From assembly GCA_027923505.1 (NCBI GenBank), contig BROI01000034.1:124001-188000 (forward strand): a stretch of DNA of 64,000 nt, given 5' to 3'. Below, in pieces: positions 32,062 through 44,490 of this stretch (position 1 is its first letter; each line of letters opens with the position of its first letter). The stretch is from Mayamaea pseudoterrestris. Its lineage: Eukaryota. A model generated the notes under the pieces. The model was not told the origin of the DNA. It did no database searches and saw nothing but the letters and a program-made list of their open reading frames with translations. The position numbers and the translations under genes are program-made.

Positions 32062-33981
32062 ATGAGTCAGCAAGATTCACAAAAGAGACGCCGTCGCGCT
32101 CCACCACCATCTCGCCTTGGATGGCCATCCCTTTCCTTCGCTTCATCCTGCAGTCCTCCCGATGAAACATCGACGACGCAGACCGCGATGTCTGATTTGC
32201 AATCAGAATCCATGGTTAAAAACATTGAAAACATATCCTCGTCAAGACGAGTCACTTTTGATCAACCAGATGCACCGGCGTTGTGGACCGAGAAACATGC
32301 ACCTTCAAAGTCAGTGGATCTTGCCGTTGCTCCGAAAAAAGTTAAGGAAGTTTTAGCATGGATGCAAGCAGCAACATCAAAGCTTCTTATACTTGTCGGA
32401 AAGCCGGGAATTGGAAAAAGTACCATGGTTCGTGTCTTGGCCAAGGAACTGGGCTTGGAGCTGCACGAGTGGAACGAAGGAACGTCATCAACATACGATG
32501 ATTTGTCACTGACCAATGGAGCGCAACTATTGGAGCAGCAAGGACCCATGGCATCGTTTGAACAGTTTCTGCAGCAACTAGCTCCCGGCTTTACTTCCGT
32601 CGTCGCGTCAGAAATATCTCCTGCGGCAATGCCGACGCCCAAGGGATGCCAGCGAGCAAAGAGTAAAGTCACAGGCTCTGACAACTTGGATCGATTATCA
32701 TCAATACTTCTTCTAGATGACTTACCCAATCTGCATGGGACAACCGCTGAGCTCAAATTTCGCACCACCATGCATCAATTTCTTCATTATGCAAATAACG
32801 TTCCTGTCATTTTCATATACTCGAATGTTGTGGAAGGCAAGCATCGGCCCGAAGACTTGGAGCGCTTGATCGACAAGACACTATTATATTCACCTTGTGT
32901 TTCCATTGTTCAAATTCAACCGCCTACATCTAGTCGCTTGCGCAAGGCACTTGAAGGTATTGCCAAACGCGAGCGTTTTGGAACGTCAAGCGGTGCCTTA
33001 GATGAATTGTGCTTGAGGAGTGGAGGCGATTTACGATTTGCAATAATGACGCTGCAATACGAGCGAGCTGGTTTGAGTAGCCAGCAAATGTCACCATGTA
33101 ACAAAAGGAAGACACATTTAGAGGGGCAAGACGAAAAACTATCGACCTTTCATGCACTGGGCAAACTGCTGTATGCCAAGCGCGATCCTAAAGTAGCAAC
33201 GAGTTCTTCTTCGAATAAAATTGGATGTTCTATACTCCGACGACCTTCGCTGCAATTCATCCCTGAGCTAGTAATGGATCAATGCGATATGGATCTTGGT
33301 GGAGCAATCGTTTTCCTGCAATGCCATTGTCCACCCTTTTTCGAGGACCTGACGGACCTTGCCGAATCGCTGAATTGCTTCTCCGACGCTGCCTTTTTAC
33401 TCGACAGACCATCTTTATGTGCACAGTCATCAGTCGACTTCACTTTTCCACACTCCTACGCCGGCTCGCTGGCGGCTAGATCAGTGGCTACATACAATCA
33501 TCACCCTGCTCCCGGCAAGTTTCGCCAATTCAATTCACCCAAAATCTTCGAAATCTTGCGCAAGCGCGACGTCAACAAGTTGCGGACGCACGAGCTGATG
33601 CATCGTTGGCATCTTAAAGATGCTAGCTCCCGCGATATGAGTGAATCGGTTGGCTTGGGAATAAATAATGGGACCTCTGCCAGCTATTTTGTCGATTGCT
33701 TGCCCTTCATCCGACAAATACTTCCATCTCTAACTGGCATCGCACTGTTGCCAACGAGCATGACAAATAACAGTAGAACTGAAGCATATTTGTCGACCGA
33801 CGAACAGGAAGAACTTATCATATTGGAGGAACAAAAGCAAGTCTTACTGATGGATGATATAATTGAGTTTGACAGCGACCAGGAAGCCGCCTATCAATCA
33901 GCTTTACAAGTCGCTCCAACACGTAAACGATCTTCCGCCGGCTCGACTCCCTCTTCACAGCGAGAAAACATACTAAACTGA
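32062..33981 (+). CDS. RAD17: Checkpoint clamp loader subunit Rad17/Rad24
   Basis: LWTEKHAP..DLAVAPKKVKEV..W; Walker A GKPGIGKST; LLLDDLP; GDLRFAIMTLQ; FHALGKLLYAKR. Confidence 0.9.
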   Translation: MSQQDSQKRRRRAPPPSRLGWPSLSFASSCSPPDETSTTQTAMSDLQSESMVKNIENISSSRRVTFDQPDAPALWTEKHAPSKSVDLAVAPKKVKEVLAWMQAATSKLLILVGKPGIGKSTMVRVLAKELGLELHEWNEGTSSTYDDLSLTNGAQLLEQQGPMASFEQFLQQLAPGFTSVVASEISPAAMPTPKGCQRAKSKVTGSDNLDRLSSILLLDDLPNLHGTTAELKFRTTMHQFLHYANNVPVIFIYSNVVEGKHRPEDLERLIDKTLLYSPCVSIVQIQPPTSSRLRKALEGIAKRERFGTSSGALDELCLRSGGDLRFAIMTLQYERAGLSSQQMSPCNKRKTHLEGQDEKLSTFHALGKLLYAKRDPKVATSSSSNKIGCSILRRPSLQFIPELVMDQCDMDLGGAIVFLQCHCPPFFEDLTDLAESLNCFSDAAFLLDRPSLCAQSSVDFTFPHSYAGSLAARSVATYNHHPAPGKFRQFNSPKIFEILRKRDVNKLRTHELMHRWHLKDASSRDMSESVGLGINNGTSASYFVDCLPFIRQILPSLTGIALLPTSMTNNSRTEAYLSTDEQEELIILEEQKQVLLMDDIIEFDSDQEAAYQSALQVAPTRKRSSAGSTPSSQRENILN

Positions 33982-34191
33982 CAGTAGCTTAAACTTATGA
34001 AGAAGAATTACAATTTGCAGATTGACAATGGTAGACCTCGGCCTCATCGCGCCATGCGAGTCAGGTTGTACGGTATATCGGACCGCGACTGACTGCGACG
34101 CGTGACCAAATAAAGCGTCATTCGAAAAACTTTTTCGACGAGCATGATCTCCATACACACTCTTCTGACTAATATACGGTACTAATGAAGA

Positions 34192-35532
34192 ATGACCGTA
34201 ACTACTACAGGTAGTTCCATTTATTGGAGGCCCGGAGAAAATGTTCCGATAGAGTTATCGGGCTGCAAGGACATCTTCCATGCGGCAGCCGTTCTGCCGC
34301 GCCTCCTCGCCTGGATAAGTACCAACGACACTGGAGTTTCAATTTTAAATGGATACAATGCAATTTGTTACAGTCCCCCGACACTGATGTTTGCATCATC
34401 GGCCATTTCATCGTCATCGCTGGTGGAACTGCAGCGTACTAAAAGGTGTTCCCTGTCGGCAGTCACATCGAGAGAATCACAAGAGGTGGTTTTACGGGCA
34501 ATGAAGGAAACCGGAGAATCTCCAGATAACTTTTCTTTTGATGATCTCGGAATCGCGTCGGCCAAGAACAAGAATGATTACCCGGTCGTCGTTGGCGACT
34601 CACCAATTCACATGTACTGCTCGCTGCACGACGTAGTCACCCTTGCTGAAGATGAGAGTATGATACTACTGACGGTTGAAACCTTTGTCATTGACGGCTC
34701 AGTTTTGTCACCTGCGACGAATGACATGAAAGCTGATCGTTCCTTCGTTGTTGCCAAGATTGACGCCGATTTGATCTCACCTTGGGTTGGTCTAGGCAAT
34801 GGACAAGCCTCCTTGCTGAGTTGCCTTGCGGACATGCCTCGACCCCAGCTGAAAGAGCAAGGCGAATGGGAGTCAACGGATCTAAATCCAATTTTTTCTT
34901 CGGCGACTCATGACTTTAGTGAAAAATACGATACTGTTGAGTGGAGCTTTCGAACGGACGGTCGCGAATGCTCACTCGGATACAATCCAGTGACTGCCCT
35001 CATCATGCCGCGACCAATTGGATGGATATCAACTTTTCGCAAAGAAGGACGCGTGCCGCACGTTGCACCTTACTCCTTCTTTTGCGACGTTGCACGCGGC
35101 AAGTCGCCAATGGTTGCATTTTCGGGCTATAGGCCCAACGAAAAAGGTCGCAAGGATGCGCAACAGGATGCCGAGGACATGGGGTGTTTTGCGTGCAACT
35201 TGGTGACACACGATTTGGCAGTGCACATGAACTACTCGGCTGCTCCCCTGGCAAGTGGCGATAGTGAATTTGAACTCGCGTGCTTGAGGTCGGAGAAAGG
35301 TCGCTTAATCGAAGCGCCCTTGGTAGCTCATGCAACGGTCAAAGTTGAGTGCGAATACGTCAAAACGGTTGACGTTCCCTTCACCTCGTTCTCCATCGTG
35401 ATTGGCAAAGTAGTTGGAATGCATATCGATAAAAAATATATACATTGTGGTAATATCAATGTGTCGAAGCTTCACCTGATCACTCGCCTTGGCTATAAGA
35501 ATGAATATGGAGTGATTGATACCAAACGCTAG
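34192..35532 (+). CDS. Flavin reductase-like FMN-binding split-barrel protein, two tandem domains
   Basis: C-terminal domain ALIMPRPIGWIST...HVAPYSFF...KDA...FACNLV...SEFE...AP.V...EC...IVIGKVV...RLG..EY; degenerate N-terminal copy VLPRLLAWIST...SPPTLMF. Confidence 0.82.
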   Translation: MTVTTTGSSIYWRPGENVPIELSGCKDIFHAAAVLPRLLAWISTNDTGVSILNGYNAICYSPPTLMFASSAISSSSLVELQRTKRCSLSAVTSRESQEVVLRAMKETGESPDNFSFDDLGIASAKNKNDYPVVVGDSPIHMYCSLHDVVTLAEDESMILLTVETFVIDGSVLSPATNDMKADRSFVVAKIDADLISPWVGLGNGQASLLSCLADMPRPQLKEQGEWESTDLNPIFSSATHDFSEKYDTVEWSFRTDGRECSLGYNPVTALIMPRPIGWISTFRKEGRVPHVAPYSFFCDVARGKSPMVAFSGYRPNEKGRKDAQQDAEDMGCFACNLVTHDLAVHMNYSAAPLASGDSEFELACLRSEKGRLIEAPLVAHATVKVECEYVKTVDVPFTSFSIVIGKVVGMHIDKKYIHCGNINVSKLHLITRLGYKNEYGVIDTKR

Positions 35533-35580
35533 CGATAAGAGTCAGTAAGTTGGCCAATCTATTAGTAAGGTATCGTTAGT

Positions 35581-38500
35581 CTATTTCAAATCCTTTAGCG
35601 AAAGCTTAATTCGAAGCTTTTTCTTCTTTCCAACCGGAATTGAGGCGTCGGCAAAGCCATTCTTCTTAAGAACGCGTTCGAGTTCCCTCTCGAGTGCCAA
35701 GGCGTCAACGACTACCCACGAATCGTCACCGTTAAAGCGCCGTGCATTAGCAAATATCAGGTTCCAGTCCTCACGAAACTCTTGTATGTTGGTGTAAATC
35801 TTCGCGCGGCATTTGCGCAAGATGTCATTGATAGCAATAGGCTTCTCTATTACCTCATAATAATCAGGGAACGTTGCTGGATCAGGCTTATCGAGAAATA
35901 TTTCTGACAACCGTCGTTTAGTACCAGGATCCTTGAGGGCAACAACAATTTTGGTGCAGCTTATTAGCTTTCTAAACGTCCAATCATTCAAATTTACATT
36001 ATGCTCAAAACCTCCCTGCAGCATTTCGTCTTGCCCTTCGAGAACATCATGCTCAGACAAAGCAACCGGTACGCTTCGGCCAGTCTTGCCCATTGCCTTA
36101 GCATTCTCTTCGTCCACGGCCTGCTTGTCCTTCAAGCGTAGAAACTGCTTCTCGGTGAGTCCGTCATCGTAAGCGACATCCTTTCGCTTTCTCGGTCCGT
36201 CGTCAATGCCGACGAGACTATTTTTCGTTCCCGGAGGCAAGGGGTTGCGAATCCAGTCAGGGACATCAGCGTCTTCGGTAAACAACGAAGGCACGCCTTG
36301 GCCTTCGCGCTCCCTTCGCTTGTCAAACTCAGTATACAACTGATAGTCGGCCTCATTGTTGCTAAGTAGCTCGTTGGGATCTTCCTTGTCGCTAGCTGCA
36401 CTTTCGTCATCATCGTCGTCCCCATTGTCGGAAGACTTCTCCGACACTCCGCTCTTTTGATTAACCTTATCAAAGTCTGTCATGAGAACCTCCATAAGAC
36501 GCTTGCGTTCCATGCTCGTGTCATTCTCCAAACTGTCATTATTAAATTGGCCAGACTCGACGACGAGTTCCGCCACATTGAGCTTCTCGGTTGCCCGAGC
36601 AAGAATCTGTTCTTCGACAGGTGAGTTTGTAATAAAACGAAATACACTGGAGAAATAAATAACATATAAAGCAGCAATGAGCGAGTAAGTGACGAGCGAT
36701 GAGCACGAACCGAAGGTTGCAAGCGCATGTTAAAATTGCACGCCGCAAAGCGCACACTTCAACACCAACAATCAACATCAATATCCCTTACCTCACATTC
36801 GACAATTGGCCGATACGGTGTGCCCTATCTTGAGCTTGCAGATCCATCATTGGGTTCCAATCCGAATCGAACAGAATGACCGTGTCAGCGGCAGTAAGGT
36901 TGAGACCAAGACCCCCTGCCCTCGTGCTCAGCAAGAAGATGAAGTAAGGAGAGTCAGGCGAATTGAATTTGTACATTCTCTTTTCTCGCTCCTCCGCCGG
37001 TGTGGAGCCATCTAAGCGTAGCGATAGATAGCCTCGAAAGGCAAAGTAATCCTCGAGAATCGTCATGACCGCTGTCATTTGAGTAAACATCAAAACTCGA
37101 TGACCAGCAATTTTCAGCTTGGGAAGCATCTGATCTAAAAGCGCAAACTTTCCAGAAGAACGAATCAGCTTGTCGTTGATATGATAACCTTCGGGGCTAA
37201 ACAAGAACGGATGGTTGCAGACCTTTCGAAGTTGCATGACTATGTTATTAAGTCCACGAGTTGGTACGGGAGCACTGTTGGACAGCCCCAAGGCGCCCGT
37301 CTCCGCAACAGCCTTGAAGCTAATCTGTTTGTAAAGTTCTTTCTGCCACGAAGACAGGTCACACCGCAAAACCTTTTCCACCTTTTCTGGAAGCTGGTCC
37401 AGCACCTCGCTCTTGACCCGCCGAAGCATAAATGGTCGAAGCAACTCGTGCAATCGATGAATGATCAGTATTCGTTCCTCGTTCGATAGTAACATATCAC
37501 CTTCTTCCTCCGTCTGGTTCGATCCACTGAATTGCGCGAATGGTGCGCTAAACCAAGAGTCAAAGCTTTCGGACGAGTTGAAGATTGCCGGCAACAAAAA
37601 GTTTAAAAGAGACCAAAGCTCACTTAAATCATTCATCAAAGGAGTGCCAGTTAGGAGGACTCTGTACTTAGTCGAATACTGCGTCCCGAGGATAACAGCA
37701 AACTTGGACTCGGCATTCTTCATTCGATGGCCTGTGTTGTAACGCGCCCGACATCGTGAGTGACAGTTACAACATGCACGAACAATAGATCTACAACACC
37801 AGCACTCACCTTCATCAACTATGGCATACTGCCAATCTAGCCGCTTCAAAAATTTCTTGTCCTTTATTATGTATTCATACGTAGTGAGCAAGACGTTAAA
37901 TTGCCCAGCCTCGACTTGATCCTTGAATATCTGCTTTCGGATGCCCTTGGTTCCCTTGTAACAAATTGTTCTCGCAGCAGGACACCATTTAGCAAATTCA
38001 TTTTGCCAGTTTGATAAAGTAGACAGCGGAACAATTACCAAGTATGGCCCAAGATTTTGTTTAAACTCCATCAGGTATGCGATTACGGAAATGGCTTGAA
38101 TCGTTTTTCCCAAGCCCTGCACGACGAGCAAAGATGACATTATGTGAGTAAATCGAAGGAGCACATCAACGGCGTCAAGAAATATGTAGAAGCAGCAGCA
38201 TTCAACCCTGCACCCACTCACCATCTCGTCGGCCAAAATGCCATTCAGTCTGTTATTATACAAGGAAACAAGCCATTGCAAACCTGCCAGCTGGTACTCT
38301 TTCAAATCACCACCAACGAGAATAGTCGGTTGTCGAACTTCCTCCAACAAACTATGCGCAGATGCGTAGTACGATGACGTAACAGAACCATCCGCCCCAG
38401 CCGCTGCGCCACCATCTGCCGCGCGTTGATTTTGCAGCAGCGATGAAATTTGACTAAAATGCTTCTCTGTATTTTCCAGTAAAAATTGTAAACGCTCATT

Positions 38501-40552
38501 CTTTGTTTCTTCCAGTAGCTTCGAGTACGCCGTCATGTCGTTAGCCTTGAGTGCCGCTAAACGAGCGCGCTCCTGCTGCACAACATCCTTCTCTTTCTTC
38601 TTTTCCTCGCGGTCGAACGAATCTCTAATTGTCTTGGCCAACTTGAAAGCATCCGCCTTCCGCTGCCGATGAAACTTGACAAACTCGCTCTGGTGAGAGG
38701 AAAGTGCTTTGGACAACTCCTTGTGCTGCTTAGTGAGTGCTTCGGCCACAGCCTGCCGCGCCTTGCGTGCCGCTCGATCGATAGCCTTGGCATGCTTCTT
38801 TGGTTCCGGCTTGAGGCGCTTATACTTGGTTGGGTCCAGTAGTGGCTTGACCGTTGGTGGAACATTTGCCCTTATAGAAAGGCCGGCTTCCTTCCGCGCC
38901 TTGACGAGACGTTGAATCGCAAGTGCATCCGAATACATGTCAGGAGCTGGTCGCTTGCGACCCGAAAGTGGTGGCAATGCAGGAGCCAACTCCTTGGTGC
39001 GCACCATTCCTCCAATGCTATAAGGCACTGCCAAAAAACGTCCACCTTTTTGGTTCATAAACGTTCCATGTTGTATTCGTTTCCAGTTGGATCGCTCCAA
39101 ATTCTTGCCGTCAGCTTCCAAAGACGCTTGTTGCTGTTGCACCTGTTGCATCTGCATTGCAGCCGTCGCGCTTGCAGCTGCCTGTTGCTGTTGTCGACGC
39201 AAGAGGGCTTGCTGTTGTTGCTGTTGGTGTAGTAAGTGTTGCTGCTGTAGCTGCTGCTGCTGTGACATTTGTACTCCGCTTGGCCCATGTGACTGCTGAT
39301 GGTGTTGCTGATGCGTTAACGCTTGCGGCGGCGCTGTTCTTTGAACAATAGGTGGCGGTTGGAACGCTTGCTGCGAAGACATGGATATTGCAGGTGATTG
39401 TTTATTCACGGGCGGTGGCGGAAATGGTATACCAGCTGTGGAGATTGGCTGTTGGTGTTGTCTCGATCCAGCGGTTGCAATACCAGTAGACGCTGCGGGC
39501 GCATTGCCGTTCGGTTGCATTTGCTCCTGCTGCATGCGCCGCTGGGCATCCTTCTCTCTGGCAACCTTGACTGCATTCATAATGGACTGATGAGGCAAAC
39601 CAGACTGTACCGCAGCCTCCACGAGTCTTGGATCAACCCGCCCTTCTGGTTCGCGAATGGAGGCAAAAATTACCTTTCCAAGCGCCTGCTTCATCACAGG
39701 CGTTAATACAATCTTGGATCTACCTGGCTGCTGTTGTCCTTGTTGAATTTGCAATTGTTGTCCTTGTTGTATTTGCATTTGTTGTCCATGCTGCTGCTGA
39801 TGATTCATTGAAGCCTGTCCTGGCGGTGCAACTTGTCCATGCTGCTGCTGAAGTGCTTGCTGTTGCTGTTGAAGCAATTGCTGCTGCTGCAACACCTGGT
39901 GATGATGCTGAAGCTGCTGCTGACGCATCTGAATCTTTTGTTGCTGAGACGCAATCTGTTTCTGCTGCTGAAGTGCAAGTTCCTCCGCCGTTGGGGATGT
40001 GTGATGATTGTTCAAAGTTGATGGTGGTTGCGGTGCAGTGGCTTGTGCTGGTGAAGCAAGACCGAGTGGATTTGGTACTGACCAATGATGTTGTTGTTGT
40101 TGTTGCTGCTGCCTCGGAGGAGAATGCGATTGAGAATGATGTACTGAATGTACCGTCCGAGGCGCTGCTGCATGGGGAGTAGTATGACTTGTCGAAGGTT
40201 GAAAAGTCGGCTGTTGGTGCTGCTGCTGCTGCTGCGGGGGTGGCCCGTTAAGAGGCGCATGACTCTGATTCCTCGCCGCCAGTACGAGAGGAACGCCGAG
40301 ACGCTGCGCAATGCTTCCCATTTCTGGCTGTAAATGTCGTGTCATTGGCATCGAAGAGGCAACAGGACCTGTCGCGGCGGCAGCGTGACTCCCATGGGCA
40401 ACCGCAGGCACCGGCACCCCCAAAGACGACTGCGACGACTGACCATTGCTGAGAGCGGATGTTACAGAAATATCAGGCCGACTCAAAGTACCGCTACTAG
40501 GCAAACTCTCACTTGATTTGGGTGCGTCCGCATTGGTGTGAGTGTCTTCCAT
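35581..40552 (-). CDS. SNF2: SNF2/BRM/BRG1-type chromatin remodelling ATPase (polyQ N-terminus, HSA, helicase, bromodomain); introns 38221-38117, 37809-37732, 36791-36647
   Basis: [95 protein letters not shown]; bromodomain [11 protein letters not shown]...NARRFN. Likely start ATG at 40552. Confidence 0.93.
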
Positions 40553-40818
40553 CGTATTTTTCGCTTCCAAAGTCTCGGATCGTGTCTGCAACCATGGAGG
40601 TTTCGCTTCTGTTGTGTGGCTGAAACCGTCATACAAAGGGACTAAACTAGACCCATTTGCACTGGTACACTTTCTACGTACGTAAACGCATACGTCATCC
40701 GACAAGTACCGGTTCGTCGCCCCCATGATTCCCACCATGGAACGAGCAACAAAATCCCGCCCGCTTCGACGCTCATAACAGCGCCCTAGAAACACATTGA
40801 CTCACATATCTATTGCCC

Positions 40819-41294
40819 ATGAGGCAACAAAACTCACTACTTTCAACCGTCATACTAGCTATCATCATGCTCACAGCGAAAGCTTTCACAATCACAAGCC
40901 GACCAGCCATTGCGCGACTGTCGCGACTGAACATGTCCACGGAAGCAACATCAATCGTCGAGCAATGCAAGCTTAAGATCCAAAAAGCTCTCGAAACAGA
41001 CAATGTCACTGTTACAGGTAAGGTTTGGTTATTGCGCAAAATGTAATGATTCTTGCCAGAGCAACAAACATTGCACACGCTCTCTTTTTCCTCACCATTC
41101 GTCTGCTTTGCTCAACAGGTGCCTTTGATGATCCAAATGGCTCGCACATTGCGATTCAAGTTGTATCCAATCTATTTGAGGGAAAGAGACCAGTACAAAG
41201 ACAGCAGCTTGTGTACAAGGCGCTGTGGGAGGAGCTGCAGGGGCCGGTCCACGCGGTGGACAGCATGACATGCAAAACGCCCAGTGAAGTCTAA
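40819..41294 (+). CDS. bolA: Plastid-targeted BolA-like protein (intron 41018-41118)
   Basis: Signal peptide ending [54 protein letters not shown]...VHAV...KTPSE. Confidence 0.88.
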
Positions 41295-41507
41295 AGGTAT
41301 ATGTTTGAGTTTGGCATTCATTCTTTCAACAAAGATGCATTATCGCGATCTTATGTCACATGTTATAGTTCGAAGCGCAGGTGTATACGGGATCTGTTTA
41401 TCATTAATCTAAAGCAGATTTATGCTAATAGAAAAAGTACCATACCGCTACCATCCACTGCTGGCGCCGATCGCCTTGTAGCCCCTTCGACTGGAAGCCA
41501 CAGTTGG

Positions 41508-44129
41508 CTATTGTGCCTTGATGGCACTCAGGGCTTGGTTCGTCACGCTAGCAATAGCCTTGCCATCCGCCTTGACAATCTGATGGTACTTGCCCATGGC
41601 AGCATTCGCAATATCCTTGGCAAGACCGGTCGAAATAAACTTGTTCTCGGTATCGATGCATAGTAGATTGAAGCCTGGTAGAACGCCCATCTTCTTGGCG
41701 CATGCCAGAACTTCCTCCTTCAGATACGATCGACTTGGCTTACCCTCCTTGGAGTCTGCATCAGCGTCCGGGTCAAATTCTTCGCCCATGGACACGCAAA
41801 GTGGAACATTAGCACGACCGTCGGAAATCAAGACTACGACAACCTTACCAACGTCGCCAGTCTTTTGTGCATTGATACCAGTCAACATGGCCGTTTGCAG
41901 AGCATGTGCTAGCGGCGATCCTCCACCACATGGCATTTGCTCGAGGCGTTTTCGTGCCATGGTGATTGACTTGGTTGGTGGCAGCAACACGTCCGCCATT
42001 TCACCCTGGAACGGAATTAGTGAAATTTGATCGCGACTTTGGTATGCTTCGGTGAGAAGACTGACCGCTGCCCCCTTGGCGGCATTCATTCGGTTCAGCG
42101 CCATGGAGCCGGAGGCATCAACGACAAAAATAATCAACGAACCAGCTTTTCGAGCCATCTTTTTGATGCGAACGTCAGACTGCTCAATGTGAACACCTCG
42201 TCCTTCCTTCTTGGTTCCGATAGCTCGTGCTCGCCGACTTTTTTGGTATACTGCAGCAGCTCGCAACGTCGCGTCAACTGTGGAAGTTGCTCGATGTGGT
42301 AAGTGAATCGGCGTACATTTAAACGCAATACGAACAGAAGTCATCACATCGAGATAACGTACCTGCCAAGCGGACGACCTTTCCTTTTGGAAGCATAGGC
42401 TTGATATATCGACCTCGGTCTTGCGAAAAGATCAGACCTCTACCTCCGCCTTTTCCTTTACGTTCTCGGTTTGAAAATTCAATCAAATCAGGGTCCATGG
42501 GCGTCGCGTCAATGTCAAACATGAACTCTTGTGGTACCTCTGGAACATCAGGTGCCTGTTCCTCTGACTCTTCCTCGTCCTCCTTTTCGTCTTCATCGGG
42601 CTTGTCCTCTTCTTCTTGATCAGTCTGGTCTTCGTCTTGCTTCTGCTCGTCCATGGCTGGTGGTGGCGGTGGTGGAGGAGGTGGCATTTGCATGTCGTTG
42701 TCGTCCATGGGCGTATTTATAAAAGTTCCTCGCGGAGCAATGGCAAGTTTTACAGCCAATCTCAAGTCGTCCGATGTAACCTGCCGTCCTTCTAGCGCTG
42801 CGTTTGCTCGAGCGACTTCCGCCGCAAAGATTTCCGCGCGATGACCCTGGCATCCGGCACGGATTGCTTCTTCGCAGAGGTACTGAATTTGCGAGGGTGC
42901 GAGTTTAATATCCTTGATGTATTCCCGAGCAAACACGATGGCAGTCTTCAAATCATCTTCATTTTCAACAGCAGCCTTTAGAGTAGCTTCCGCCTCGGTC
43001 GTTTTTTGAGCGCCCGAGCCAGAATAGTCTAGAACACTTTGCACAGCGTCGACGCGTTCTGAAATATCGAGTTTTTGGGCATCTGCAGACAAAGCTACTG
43101 CAATGCGGTCCAGTAGATGATCTCTGAGCTCGCCTTCATCTGGGTTGAACGTTGCGATCAGAAGCGGTCGGCAGGGATATCTTAGCGACAAGCCTTCGCG
43201 CTCGACAGTAACATATCCTTCATTGATAACATTCAATATAATGTTTGCCATTTCCGTATCAAGGAGATTGATATCATCAACGTACAAAACACCGCGATGG
43301 GCCTTGGCCAACAAACCAGGTGAGAAGACAGTCTTTCCGCTACGAATGCTCTCTTCCAAGTCGGCGCTTCCGATGAGACGATCCTCCATTACATTAAGAG
43401 GTACCTGCACGAAGGGTGGGTTGATGACCTCCGTTTCTCGTTCCTCAAGTGGGATTCCGCCACTTTCAAGATCAGTGCGCGTAAAGTCGTCGATTCCAAA
43501 CTCGCCCGCAGGGTCAATGTTAAAGGGCGATCCCTTGATGACCTCAATCGGAGGCAGCAGCTGGTGAACGGCGCGTGCCATTACAGATTTGGCCGTCCCT
43601 TTTGATCCAGAAATAACAACTCCTCCCATTCGAGCATTGACCGACGCCAGTAGCAGTGCCTGCTTGATGGCATCCTGTCCTACAATCATCGAGAGAGGAA
43701 ATGGTCGGCCTCCATATTCGATTCGTTCCATTTCTTTCACACCTTCACTCCGCCTTTCAAGTCGTTCTTCAGCTTCCATAGCTGCTTTTGCTCGGTCCTC
43801 CGCAGTGCTGCCATCGGCGACAGCGCTCATGAAAGCTGGCATCAATCGACGCCGCTGTGTCTGCGATAACAACGCCGACGTGATCGTAAACGCATGGACC
43901 TGTAGAATGTGAACGAAGAACTCATCAGCACTTGTATAATAAACTCATCAACTAGGTGATCTTCTGAATACTTCACAAGACGACTCCTGTCAACGATTAT
44001 AATATTATAGCAGCCGTCCAACGCAGCAACAAGTGCACTGTCACGCATGCTTGCACCTACATTCCGCGTAGCTGTGATGACGGCGACGGCTGCGGCCAGC
44101 CATACGCAAGGCCTTGCCGGTATTCTCAT
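41508..44129 (-). CDS. chlD: Magnesium chelatase subunit D (exons 44129-44061, 43899-42363, 42277-41508)
   Basis: Presequence ...ATRN|VHA-F; AAA domain PFPLSMIVGQDAIK, GLLAKAHRGVLYVDDINLL; polyproline/acidic linker; vWA FVVDASGSMALNRMNAAKGA, CGGGSPLAH, ISDGRANVPL. Confidence 0.95.
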
Positions 44130-44490
44130 AACGCAATTTGTTTCAGTGTTACTGGCAACGATCGAAAACAAGTCCAGGAGGTCCCGCACGAGGATGTTGA
44201 AGACCGTGTTGATGTTCGACGGATGCGAAAGGCCATGGCGGAAAACGTACCCGCTCCTTGAGCCCTAATGAAATCTTTGGATTCAACTCGTTTGCAAAGG
44301 TTATAGAGAACCGGACCGACGCATCTTTCATTCAGCTACCTACCGTGTATTTTGTAGAGCCTGTGAAGAAAGGTGAAACAACCTACCAGTAGTATTGATA
44401 GCGTCGATAAATCATTGGGCCCTACATTACTCTTTAACAGAAATATGTTGCTAAACAAATTAATATTCAAACCTTGACAATGTGCTACAT

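Noticed and set aside
39055..40333. Cys-, Ala- or Leu-rich ORFs in alternative frames
   Set aside because: These are shadows of the CAG/CAA polyglutamine tracts of the SNF2 gene.
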